A stretch of DNA of 64,000 nt from Amoebidium appalachense. Lineage: Eukaryota; Protista; Ichthyosporea. Positions 36,136 through 48,771 of this stretch are shown one piece after another (position 1 is the stretch's first letter; each line of letters opens with the position of its first letter). The notes under the pieces were generated by a model. That model had not been told where the DNA came from, searched no databases, and saw only the letters and a list, made by a program, of their open reading frames with translations. The position numbers and the translations under genes are program-made. The stretch lies in assembly GCA_963693365.1 (NCBI GenBank), contig CAVNZM010000009.1:1242231-1306230 (forward strand). The letters run 5' to 3'.

Positions 36136-36481
36136 ACGGGGGAGCTTCCTAGAAGCCCCGTCTCCTGAGTTCCTATCTATATTTTTCTTGCTTCTGGTTA
36201 CTGCTGCAACTTTAACCCCCGGCCTTTCCCACTGCCCTTGCCTGCATAAGCAACCCTGCTCGTCTCTGATCAAGACGGGTGACCTACTCATGTTCAAGTG
36301 AAACAGTATCTGAGTTGGGTTTCGTTAACGAGGGGAATAGGTCGAAACTCGGGTACTGTGGATGACGTGGGCCCCCCCTGAGGATGGGCTCTGCTTATTA
36401 TGCATACTCTTTATGTATGGCTTGCATTCTGCATCGTGTTATCCGTTTGTTCTTGTGTACTTCGTACTTTTTGACGCATTC

Positions 36482-36483
<2 letters not shown>
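36136..36483 (+). mobile_element. Structured non-coding repeat SR1, copy B, embedded in poly(C)
   Basis: 36245-36483 is essentially identical to 46451-46689. C-runs flank it at 36120-36135 and from 36484. The 5' boundary is inferred from the upstream C-run. Confidence 0.8.
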
Positions 36484-36526
<43 letters not shown>

Positions 36527-37985
36527 AAAAAAAAAAAAGTTCCAAACCCCCCTCCTTCCCCTGGGTGTTAAAAACCCCACCCTGCTCTAACCTAAATCTG
36601 CGCCACGCCTGCAGCGCAGCAAATGTACATATTGCCCACTCTGGGTCCTACAACACAGTATCATGCAATACACCTATTTAGGTTGTGGGGGGTGGGGGGG
36701 GGGGGGGGGGGGGGTACAGAAACACTATCGGACGGGGAGTTGGGGGGGGGGGGGGGGGGGGGGGAGGAGAGGGAGAGGGGATTGGAGGGTGGGACAGGGT
36801 TTGCAGTTGGCAGGCGTCGTGTTGGAGGTAACACAAGGAAGGCCTATTGCAATGCACGGCCGTGGCAGCTGCCAACGGTTCAACGTGCGCGTCTACAAGT
36901 GCTTGGCCCGAGGCTAGCGAAGGCCGGCCATGTGCCCGGCTCATGTCATGTACATGCGCGTACGTACGTGCTGTGTGCTGCAGCAAACACGAGATGCCAC
37001 TCACGGCCCTAGGCCTTGCGCACGATCCCACGTCAGTTTGCTGAGGTCATGCAGGGTTCATGACGTCTGCAATGACTCAGACTGATGGCCGGCCACTTGC
37101 CTTGCCCACGTTATCGTGTTGCAAGTGACGTCCCACCAAGAAGGATAAAATAGGATAGCCTGCCCGATCTTACAAGGAGCTGTCATTCTTTTTTTTACAG
37201 GGTCGAGAGTGAGATTGAAGAAGCCTCTGTAACAGACGAGCTGTGTATAGAGCGACCCTGGACTGCCAGGCACCATTACGGTTTTGTTTATAATTTCCTC
37301 AACTGAACACTGTTGATCTAGTAGTGTTTGACATATAAATATAACAAACACCCGTTCCTTGTTGTCACTGGGACTGTCCAAGAATTTTCTGCAGGTAAGT
37401 TGCAGCACGGATAACAACATCAGCCACCCCACCCTCGGCAGTATATATATAGGGCTGTGTAGGTTCTGGGCTGTGCATAGCGCACGGGATCAACATAGTA
37501 TTGCCGTGATGACAGTGGCTAAAGGAAGCCTAACCCCAACTAGAAGTTTAGTAAGGCTTTTTTGTATGATACCGGGCAAATCGTATTCATTTTTTATTTT
37601 TTTTATTTTTTATTTTTCCCAACAACGTATTGTTCCTTCTTTTGTTCTCTGTAAATCCAACGCGACAATGTATGGCGCCGGGGCCCTTTCCCCCGGTCAA
37701 AGGAAGAGGTGGGGGGGGTGGGGGGGGGGGGGGGGGGGGCAGGATATCGTTAAGGGAGTTTTTTTAAGAAGAAACTATGCTCGGCAAACGGCTCAAATGA
37801 TGCAACGGGGGAGGAAAGGGGGAGAAGGGGGGGGGGGGGGGGGGGAGGGGGGGGGGGGAGGGGGGAGGTCGAGAACTTTTTCTTTTTGATTCCACATTAA
37901 ACCCTACTGCTTTACATAGCGCTCTACTCACCATGTCTGTTTGCAGAGCACACCATTCACACTGTGACCACTGCACCCATCCACC

Positions 37986-38261
37986 ATGTCTTCCCCCAAG
38001 CAAGCACCTTCCATGGCCGATGCAGGCTCCGGCCCCTCCAAACAGCAAGAGCCCAAGCAGAGGGAGGAGACAGAGACAGAGACAGGGGGGCACACCAAGA
38101 AGATATCTCCACGGCAGGACGAGGACACGATGATTCACAAGTTTGCTGCCGGTCTGGTGGCCTACCACGTGCTTGCCTTTGTCTGCCTGTTTGGCCCTTC
38201 ACGTATGTGTCCCCCCCCCCCCCCCCTCCCCACCTCCCCCAAACTTCCATTATATCACTGA

Positions 38262-38342
<81 letters not shown>

Positions 38343-38465
38343 AACAGCCTCACCCACACGCACCCCCCCCACCCCCCACCCATACACCGTACCCACACAC
38401 ACGCACACGTGTTACACACGCACACATTCACCACCCACACTACTTCCAATATATCCCCCCCCCCC

Positions 38466-38496
<31 letters not shown>

Positions 38497-38914
38497 ACCC
38501 ACACCCCACGCCACCAGCCCTTTCCAGATTCCCGTCTGGCCAAAAAAAAAAGAAAAGGAAAAAAAAAAGAAAAAAAAAAAAGAGAGGGGGGGGGGAGGGG
38601 GGGTGTCGGGGAGTTAGAAAAGGGGAACAAAGGAATTTGAACTTTGAAACGCTTCGTGCTCACTCAGAGAGCATATTGAAATAACCACACGATTATACAA
38701 GAAGAAGGTCAGAGTGCGAATTTTTTTGAGGCTTAGAAAAAGGTTTAGAGTGTGTGGTGTGTGAACTGGTGCCTGTCCAGGCCTAGGCATGCTTTTCTCG
38801 TGCCTCCCCTCCCTCTCCCCCCCCCCCCCCCCCCCTCCCCCCTCCCCCCCTTCTCACAGTTTTCTGACACAGCACTTGGAAGTATTCACGATCACAGGCA
38901 GGGCTCTTCCTAGA

Positions 38915-38962
<48 letters not shown>

Positions 38963-39394
38963 CCCCCCCCCCCTCCCCCCAATCAACCAACCTCCCCGCC
39001 TTCCCCCCCCCCCCCCCTCTTCCAAAATAAAAAATAAACCTCTTTGATCTCTCTTGTAGCGCAAACACATTTCTCTTCCAGCAAGTTGGGAAAGATGAAG
39101 GGGGACGCGCTCCGGGAAGAGACTCGATGTACCACAAGTTCAAGAAGCAATCTGCATGCGGCAATTAATTGCTAGTTGTAAAGTGTACAAGTTCACCCAC
39201 CCCTTCTTCCATATATGGTTGCAGGTGACCTCTTCTGGTTGGGCGGTTGGTGGGCGTTTCTTCTGCCCCTGCTCTCCCACACGGCCATTGCCGTCTATGA
39301 GGCCCGCTGTGTGCCCAGTCAGATTGCTGAGCAGTGGGCTGGTCTGGACTGGCGCCGTGATGACGTGCACATGTGGGACAAGGTGCAAACCCAG

Positions 39395-39432
<38 letters not shown>

Positions 39433-41660
39433 CCTCCCCTTCACCTCCACATTCCTTCTTCCTTTTCCGCAGTTTTTGTGTGTTGGGGGGAGGGGACGGG
39501 AGAGTGGGAGGATGGGGAGAGACGGGAGCACATATATAAACGTATCAGAAGGCTAGGGATTGGAGGTGAACATCCTTCCCCTTGGTTTTTTGGGTCAACT
39601 TGAGAAGGCATCTAATTTTCGCCCGGGATTAAACTACCCCCCCCCCCCCCCCCTCCCCCCCCCCCTTTCCCCCCTCCCCCCTCCCCCTCCCCTCCGCCAT
39701 CCCCTCCCTCCCCCCAAGAAAAAACAAATACTCAAAAGAAAAAGGCACCTCCTAAACCCGACACCATCTACTCCTTCATCACTCTCCTACATATTCCTGT
39801 CTTTATGCCCCCCCCCCCCCCCCCCCCCCCCCCTCCCCCTCCCCCCCCTCCCCCCACCCACACCCACACGGACAACTGCACACACATGCACCCACTTCCT
39901 CCTCGCACCTCCAATGAACCACCGAGCTCACCTCCCTGCCCTCCTTCATCCCCCAAATAATCCCCCCCCCCCCCCCCCCCCCCCTTCCCCTCTCACGCTG
40001 CTCTCCCCGAAACACACACACACACACACACACACGTACATCTCCTCATACACGTACATGCACCCACGTACAGCTCAACACCATTGCCTTCATGGGTGTG
40101 TGCCCCATGCTTGCCTTCCTGACTGCCGGCCTCTGCCACCGCTCCCAAACGGGGCACATGCACCTCTTTGAGCTCTTCTACTCTACGGCCAAACTCTTTG
40201 CTCTCGTTGGCTGGGGCCTGGCTCTATCTGCCGTCTACACAAACGATTATGTCACCACAGCTGTGAGGGTGCAGAAGGATCGTGGCCAGAGGGTCATCAG
40301 CACCGGCCCGTATCAGGTACTATAACATATTGCCCCCCCCCCCCCCCCCCCCTCTCCCTCCCCCCCCTCCTCCCCCCCCCCCCCCCTGCCCGCCCTTCTC
40401 TCCCCCTCCTTCCGTTTCCCCTCCTTTTCCCGTTTCCATATCCAATCCATACTTGTTATGCCGGTTAGCTTTTCATCTCCCCACCTCACTACATCTCCCC
40501 CCCCCCCCCCCCGTCCCCAGTGTCGCCAGTGTCGCCACGAGACTTTTGCCCCTTCCCTCCCCCCCCCTTGATTTTTACTCCATCGACAAAGTTTTCAGCA
40601 ACCTCTTCTCCCGGCATTAAACACCACAAAACCCGGTTTCTCATGCGAGAGAGATTACCCGCTCCCCCCCCCCCCCCCCCCCCCCCCCCCTTTTTTTGTT
40701 GCCCTACGTTTAACCCTCCTTGTGTGTTTCCTTTTACCCCTACAAAAACCTCAGCCCCCCCAGTAACATAGCAAACTATCTTTACGGATCAGGGTAGAAC
40801 AAGCCAGCTTTTTTTTTTTTTTTTTTTGGGTGGTGGTGGTGGTGGTGGGGGATAGACAGAGGGGGAAAGAGACCGAGAGAGAGGGAGAGAGGGAGTGTGT
40901 GTGTGTGAGGGAGGACACAGTCATGCTAATCTTGGTGTGGGTGGTGACCCCATGCCGTGACACTGTACTGTAGCATATTTTATTGATTATTTCTCTGCAT
41001 TGTCATGCATGCGGCTGCATTGCTGACGTCACTGCACATGCACTGTTGCATGCTCTATTGAACCCATGCATGCACACAGTACCTGCTCTATTGAACCCAT
41101 GCACATGCACACAGTACATGCTCGATTGAACCCATGCACATGCACACAGTACATGCTCTATTGAACCCATGCACATGCACACAGTACATGCTCTATTGAA
41201 CCCATGCACATGCACACAGTACATGCTCCATTGAACCCATCACGGCACATGCACACAGTACATGCTCCATTGAACCCATCACGGCACATGCACACAGTAC
41301 ATGCTCCATTGACCCCCTACACATGCACACAATACATCTTTGTTGACCCCATGCACATGCACATGTCAGTACATGTTCTATCGACCCCCCCCACATGCAT
41401 CATGGCAGTACAGCCGGTATTGACCCCTTTTCTCATGCACACAGTACATCCGCCACCCCGGCTATCTCGGCATGGCCCTCTACTCGCTGGCCCTACCTTT
41501 CCTTGTGGACTGCTCGTATGTGATAGGCTGGTCAGCGATCCTCCTCTCCCTATTGGTTGTCCGCACCGCACGTGAGGATGATTTGCTGACGAAGGAGCTG
41601 CCTGGGTACGACGACTATGTCAAGAGGGTGCCTTACCGCATGCTGATAAACTATTGGTGA
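37986..41660 (+). CDS. Isoprenylcysteine carboxyl methyltransferase (ICMT/STE14/PEMT) family membrane protein, about 277 aa, 4 exons
   Basis: Phase-consistent exons 37986-38202, 39225-39382, 40074-40316, 41445-41660. Motifs VRVQKDRGQRVISTGPYQ|YIRHPGYLG and VRTAREDDLLTKELPGYDDYVKRVPYR, plus several TM segments. Confidence 0.9.
41049..41449 (+). repeat. About 11 copies of a roughly 35-bp minisatellite, ending at the ICMT exon 4 acceptor
   Basis: Unit ATGCTCTATTGAACCCATGCACATGCACACAGTAC, degenerating toward the exon. Confidence 0.9.
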
Positions 41661-44453
41661 AAAATCATGCATGGCGGTGTGCCGCGTTACCCTTCACGCC
41701 CAAACTCAAGAGCCCATTACCAGTTTGATAGTTCGCTGTGTGAAAACCGTTGAATACTGCTTGTTGCGGCCCATAGTGACATTATGATCCTTTTACATGT
41801 TATGTAATTTGATTCTTTTTTATATAAAATGCAATTTGATTCCTGTTTATTATGCAACTTGAGTTTTGTACATGTTATGACAGTGATGAGGTCAATCAGA
41901 TGAACATATTGGCATTGTGGTTCTGCCCTTCGATTGCTTTATTGAATGGCACATATATCATGTGAAAGCCTTTTGGTTCTGGGTTAGCATACACTGCTTT
42001 TTTCAACGTTTTTTCAATGTGATGTGTGTCGGATGTGTATGGTTTGAACACACAGGTCTGTGGCCTCGAATACATACCGGTACTGAGGTGGCATGATGCC
42101 TGCATTATTTCAATGTGACAACTGATGTGTGGGTTCGTAGGAATCATCATAAGAGAGTATGCCATGAAATTTAATATCGAAAATCGGGGACCCCGCGGGG
42201 GGGGGGGGGGGGGGAGAAGTGGAGAAAGTGAAAGGGAGAGGGAGGGAGAGAGAGAGGAATTGAGGCATGGGGGGGAGAGGGAACGAGGTTACAATCTCTA
42301 AAGAGAGAGGGAGAGGTGTGGGGGGGAGGGAGGAGGGAGAGCGGCAGAGGGAGAGGAAAGGAGGGAGGGAAAGAGGGAGGGAGGTGTGAGGGGGGAGCCG
42401 GAGAGAGATGGGAGGGGAGGGGGGAGAGAAGCAGGAGGGGGAGAGGGAGACGGGGGAAGGGGGAAGGGACGCGGAGAGAGAGGGAGAGGGAGAGGGAGAG
42501 GAGGAGTTGGAGATAGAGAGAGGGAAGGAGAGGGAGAGGGGAGAGCGAGAGGGAGGGAGGGAGGGAGGGAGATTGGGAGAGGGAGAGGGGGAGTGGGAAA
42601 GGGAAAGGGAGGTTGAGAGGGAGAGAGCCGGGAGATAGAAAAATAGGGTGGGGGGGTGGGTGAAAGGAGGCGACATGTGTATGGAGAATCGTTGAAATTC
42701 GAACCAGTTTTAATGCCCCACCCTTCCCCCCCTCCCCCTCCCCCCTCCCTCCCCCGTCCCCGAGGGGGGCAGGGGGGGGAGAGGGGGAGGTGGGGGGGGG
42801 GAAGGAGGGAGTGAGGGGGAAGGAGCTCGAGGAGAGTGGGAGAGAGAGCGACGGGGGGAGGTAGCAGGGGGGAGGGGGAGCAGGGTGGGAGGGGATGAAG
42901 TTCGAGGGGAAGCAGGAGGGGGAGAAAGATTGGGGGGGGGGGGGGGGGGGGGGGGGAGGGAGGGAGGGAGAGGGAGAGGGAGGGGGAGAGGGAGGGAAAG
43001 AGAGGGAGAGGGAGAGTGAGAGTGAGGTGGGAGAGGGAGAGAGAGGGTAGCGAGAAATAAAAATATGGTGGGTGGGTGGGTGAAAGGAGCCGACATGTGT
43101 ATGGGGAAGGGGAACAGAACCGTTGGGCGTTTGAACCAGTTCCAATTGCTCCCCCCCCCCCCCCCCCCCCCCCCCGCGGGAGGGAGGGAGGAGGGCACAG
43201 AGGGGGAAGGGGGAGGGGGATGGAAGGGGATGGAGAGAGGGAGCAGAAGGGGCTGAGATGGGGGGGGGGGGGGGGGGGGGGGAGAGAGAGAACAGGAGAG
43301 AGAAATTGCGTGGGTTGGTGAAAGGAGTCGACATATGTATGGGGAAGGGAAGAGAACCGATGAACATTCCAATGCCCCCCTCCCCCCCCCCCTCGACTCC
43401 CCCCCTCCTGTCCCCTCCCCCCTCCCCCCACAAAAAAAACAACAAAAAAAAACAAAAAACAAAATAAAATAAAAAGTAACTTAAATACTATAAAAAACAA
43501 TATATAAAAAAAAAAAAAAGGAATAAAGAAAGACGAAGAAACACGGACGATTCTTTCTGTACCAACCTCGTACGCACACCACTATAACCAAAGTCCATCA
43601 AGCTCTCTCTCTCCCTCCCTCCCTCTCGAGCTCCCCCCCCCCCCCCCCCCCCCCCCCCCCCTACCCCCCAACCCCACCCTCCCTCCACTTCAACATTCAA
43701 TAGAAGGACGGTAAGAAAACAATGACATCGAGGAACAACCATATGGGACCAGAAGAAATGTTGAGGAAGCTCGAGAGGAGAACTATTGACCAGGTCACTT
43801 GGGGTACGTGCACCAAGTATTATTACTATGAAGTCCTTTAGCTGGGGTGGCCTGAGGCCAGAGAAGAATAATGAGGAAATATTATCCGATACTCGTAAGG
43901 TAATTTCTGAATTCGAAGTGCACTGAACAGCAGTCTAGTGTTGTACATCCACCACTCTGACTGACAGACATACGTTTGAGTCAATCCCGGCCAAGGCTTC
44001 ACGGAGTCCGTGCTGCCTATACCTACCTGGCTCACCTTCTATCTACGTTGTATTGAATAACAAGTTGTGACAAACGGACCAGGGTGAGAGCCTGATGCAT
44101 ATAACAACTTAACAACCTAACAAATATAAATTCGGTGCTTGCCAACATGTATCTATTCAATTCATGTGACATGAGGCAATAAAAATGAAACAAACACGTG
44201 CCACGTGCACTTGAAAGTGGTCTCAAGACTGGCTCGCACAGCCTCACCAATTTATTCTGGTATGTAGAGACTATCATGGGGTTATCCCCCTAGTAGCCTA
44301 CTTGGCCGTTGAGGTGGGGGTATTCAGAAAGGGCTATTTTCCGGCCCTTCGGTTTATTTTGTTGCATGTAGTCGAGCTTATTACAGAGCAGGAAAGCATG
44401 GGACCTAGTTCCACGAGCTGAGTTGGAGGTTGGGGAAGTAAATAAAAAGAATA

Positions 44454-44497
<44 letters not shown>

Positions 44498-45011
44498 CAA
44501 CTGCCCAAAGCTTGAGCTCTCAATTTTTCCGATTTTTTCATGGGAATACACTGGAACTTGCAATCACGAAAAAAGTTATCTACATACATACCGCATTATA
44601 TCTCATGGCCAGTCCATTGCCGGACAATGCATATGGAAAAAGCAGGAAGAAATATCCACTCAATATTCAATTTAATCTGCTTTCTGGGCTCGAATGTGGC
44701 TGGGCCTCCGGCAGTGTCCACGCAATAAAAAGTGTGTAAACCCGGCTCGTTGTAATTTGTTTTGCATTCAAGCTACAAATTTTCAGAGATATACAATAGT
44801 TCAGCAGATGACTGAGGCTCGAAAGCAGCAGTCAACGTTAACACAGTAAATCGCCTCCAAACAAAAGGCACACATGATTGCTGGGAATAACTGGCAGAAA
44901 ATTTTAAATTTTTAGTAATATAAACGCAAGGTTATGATATTGCCAATGAGTCATACGGGGGTCCGGGCCCCCCGGCGCCGGATATGTATACATATATCTA
45001 CAGGGAAGTAA

Positions 45012-45299
45012 TTTTTTTTTCTTTTGACTGGATTTATTCGACGGAAAGATATGCAAGTATGCACAGCACACAGAGAAGACAATAAAAACTTCACGAGTTA
45101 TCCAGTAACAAGTGCATACTGAGATACCTGAACACTGTGTGAAAATCATATAAATACTCAATGGGACGACCAATAGAATTCAACAAAAAGTCTAAAGTGT
45201 TCACATTGCCAGCCAGTGTAGCAGACACCCATAGGGAAAGAGGTAAAACGCGACATAAAAACTCACAGCTATCAACATGCTTTTGATTAAAAAGTTCAG
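45012..45299 (-). mobile_element. 5'-truncated copy of the LINE 3' end seen at 55246-55722
   Basis: Near-identical reverse complement of about 55436-55722, with an A-tail. Confidence 0.8.
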
Positions 45300-46035
45300 T
45301 AAATTTCTCTGGACAAAAATAGGCGGCGATCCGCCAGGTGCCAAAATACAGTAATCCTAAAGTGTAATTTCTAGCCCTGGCGTATTATAAACGGATCCTA
45401 TAAATAATGCTATAGGGTCTTCAGGGTGTTCAAGTTCATTGAGATGTCCAAAAAAATTTGCCTGAAGCATGAGACATTTTACGACGGCAGTACAGCAACC
45501 AATTCTTCCACAGTTCAGTCTTTGACGGGCATATCAACTATAAAGAAAGTCATTATAAAAAAGAAATATTCAACTTGAAGCGAGTTAGAGTCCCCCTTCA
45601 TGTTGAAGAAGGCTGTGGAATGCCAGACCTTATCCATGTGCCTCAATTGGATTGGACCACAGTCATAGATGGTATTCCTTGCATACCATTGTTCATTTGA
45701 TTGGCTTCGGCACTGAGTGTTTTTGTGTCGTCACGGCGAGTTGTACCCCCGCTTGTGACAGATACGCATGCAGGAAGCAGGCTCTACCGAGTGTTTTTCG
45801 TGTTTTTTCATGTGTTTTCGAAAAAAATCAGAGAAGAAAACTAACGTGTTTTTTTAGTGTGGAGGCTTAGCTACCCTCGTTTCACGCTTTGTTAAGGGCC
45901 TAGAACGTGCTTTACGTCACGTTGGCCATTCACTATAGTTAGTTCCGTTCTCTTCTCATTATTGCCACCATTCTAGGCTGGCCAATTTGTACAGCCAAAT
46001 ATGAGTTGTAAGCGACACACATAGGTACTTTACAT

Positions 46036-47116
46036 ATGGCTTCGAAGGCAGGCAAGGCCCCATGGGCCTTTGCGTTCATCCTTCTCTCTCTATGCATAGG
46101 TTTCACACACACGGCAATCACTACTGTCCAACCGGGGCAGACAAACGCCATTAAGAATGCAGTTATAAATGCACAAAGTGGTGACACTCTTCAGCTTCTA
46201 CCAGGTTACTACGATGAAACCTCCACTATTCAGATTGATAAGGAGCTATATATTACTGCCGATCCGGCCAATGTTACGGCGATTAGGTTTTCAGCCACCA
46301 CCACACCGTTGGCTTTTCTTTTTGGCACCTGGAGCTCTCTGCAGAAGTCCTATATTTCTGGCTTCACAATTGTCAATGCAGACCCGGGTTTGTCCTCAGA
46401 ATGCAAACTAGCCACCCCTTTTGCTCTCGAGGTATGTAAACCCTCCCCCCCATAAGCAACCCTGCTCGTCTCTGATCAAGACGGGTGACCTACTCATGTT
46501 CAAGTGAAACAGTATCTGAGTTGGGTTTCGTTAACGAGGGGAATAGGTCGAAACTCGGGTACTGTGGATGACGTGGGCCCCCCCTGAGGATGGGCTCTGC
46601 TTATTATGCATACTCTTTATGTATGGCTTGCATTCTGCATCGTGTTATCCGTTTGTTCTTGTGTACTTCGTACTTTTTGACGCATTCAAAACCCCCCCTC
46701 CCCCCCTTCCTCTCCCCCTTCGATGTCTAGTGCAGTTCTTGTATTTGGTTAGATTCCAAGACTCACATGGTATTGGACTGTCGTTCGCTTTTCGTGTCCC
46801 AACTTTTGTGTTGCCTAAACCTTGAACGAACGCCTTTGGTGAAGCAGCATACACAAAATCACCACCTCCTGCAAAACAATTGTGCACGCGCCTCAGACGG
46901 GATCTGTCCAGTCACACGACTTTTTCTTCAGATTCCGTGGTCTCTCCTGTCTTATGGTCAATCCACGGAAGCTAGATTGGTTATTCGGTAGATGTCTAGG
47001 CTAAGCACGGCCCGGTTTATCGTGCTGCTTCTTGTTGTGTTTGACACATTAAGCATTACCATCTGCTTCTAATAGCACACCTGTTGGTTCCGTTTCTAAT
47101 CCCCTCCCCCCCCCTC

Positions 47117-47147
<31 letters not shown>

Positions 47148-48771
47148 AAAAAAGAAAAAAAAGGAAAAAAAGAAATATGGAATACGTTCTGGCTTGCCCT
47201 TCTTTTGTTTGGAAACCCACACACACATACACCACACATATGTAACCACAGCCGTATAAACATCTGTGTAAACACAAAGATAATGGTTCCTATTGAACGA
47301 ATAGAAATGATGGGGGAGGATGGAGATAAACGATAGCCAGAATTCAACCGGTTTAGAACACACCTTTATCTTCGTTTTCCTTTTGTTTACATATATACAG
47401 CCTCAATATCACAGGGCAAGTTCGAAGTGCATGTAGTTAACGGGACCCCCTGTACACCCCCACCCAAGCAGAGCGTATGTCCTAACACGTTAGCCCATAT
47501 GTTAGAAATTCATGCAAGGAGCAGTACACTATCCTAACACTTCCACTTGCAGGCCAACTTCTCCGTTGCTCTGACCGAACCCTCCATCCGCAACAACATG
47601 ATCAACATTGTTGCAGACGTGGGCCCATGGTACAACACACGACAGATCACAGACATAGCTTTCAGTGACTGCTTCTATAACTCAGACAATGGTGTGTCTA
47701 TGTTCGGGTCTTATCTGGGCATTAAAACACGCTCATGCCGCGGTACACTTGGTTTCAGTGTGAAGTTTGATCGGCTGCAGAATTGTGGTGTGAAGGTGGA
47801 GAAACAGGCCACGTTTGTGCGCTACCTGGCCCCTATTGAGGTGAAGTTTAAGGAGCACGTTAAGAACATCAGCCCGACAAAGCTGCTGCGTGTTCCTGTT
47901 GATCGCACCGGTAATGCCGTTACAAACTTGAGGTTTGTTATCCTACTCCCCCCTCCCCCCTCCCCCCCCCCCTCTCTCTCCCTTTGCCCCCCCTCCCCAT
48001 AAGTGAAGGGGGAAAAAAGCAACCCCCCCCCCCCCCCCCCACTAAAAAAAAAAAAAGAAAGAAAGAAAGAAAAAGGAAAGAAGAGAAAGAGAAGAAAGGA
48101 AAAACAAAAGGGGAAAGGATCACAAAAATTACGACCAGAATAACGGGAGCAAGAGTAATCGAATGGTGTACATACGAGGCAGGGGTGATTTATTTGAACT
48201 TTTCGTAGCCCATCCATCCAACCCGAATTATTCTATCGATCCCTTTATTCCCATACAACTTACACACACCCACTACCCCCCGCCTCCCTCCTCCCCCCCC
48301 CCCCCCCCCCCCGCATTCAAACCCCCCCTGTCTTCTTTCAGAGGTGTCCTTTCAGGACAGACCACTGTGTGGAGACATCTTTACTTCCATGCAACCGGGC
48401 ATGGTTGCTCTGTGTCGTGCATCTGTAAGCACATACGCGTTTGTCGCTGCACTGCATTAGTTTGCACACACATCTTCACCGTTTTGCTCACCTTGCTTGC
48501 ATAAGCAACCCTGCTCGTCTTTGATCAAGACGGGTTGACCCACCCAAGTTCAGTTGATGCTGCTGTCTGAGTTGGAGCGTCGTATATACGCGGGCTAAGG
48601 GGTCGAAACTCAGACGCAATTGATGACTTGGGCCCTCCCTGAGGATGGGCTCTGCTTATGACGCATACTGTGCGCATGGCTGATGCTGCATACTTGAATG
48701 TTTGCCTTTGCATGTGTCCTGCATCATGCTTCTCATCGTCTATGCGTACTTCGTACTGTGTTCCGCATTCA

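Noticed and set aside
36270-36280. TCAAGACGGGT match to a conserved LSU rRNA segment
   Set aside because: Only 11 nt match, and the flanks do not resemble rRNA.
36340-36392. Hammerhead ribozyme in SR1 (GAAAC..GTA..CTGAGGA)
   Set aside because: Core-like words are present, but stems I and II cannot form in the required register, and CTGA sits in a hairpin loop.
41049-41449. CRISPR-like array of 35-bp units
   Set aside because: Units are contiguous with no unique spacers, there are no cas genes, and the context is a eukaryotic intron.
43740-44450. Short minus-strand ORFs (also 30125-30358 and 37058-37432)
   Set aside because: No recognisable motifs or consistent splice structure; possibly decayed elements, but unsupported.
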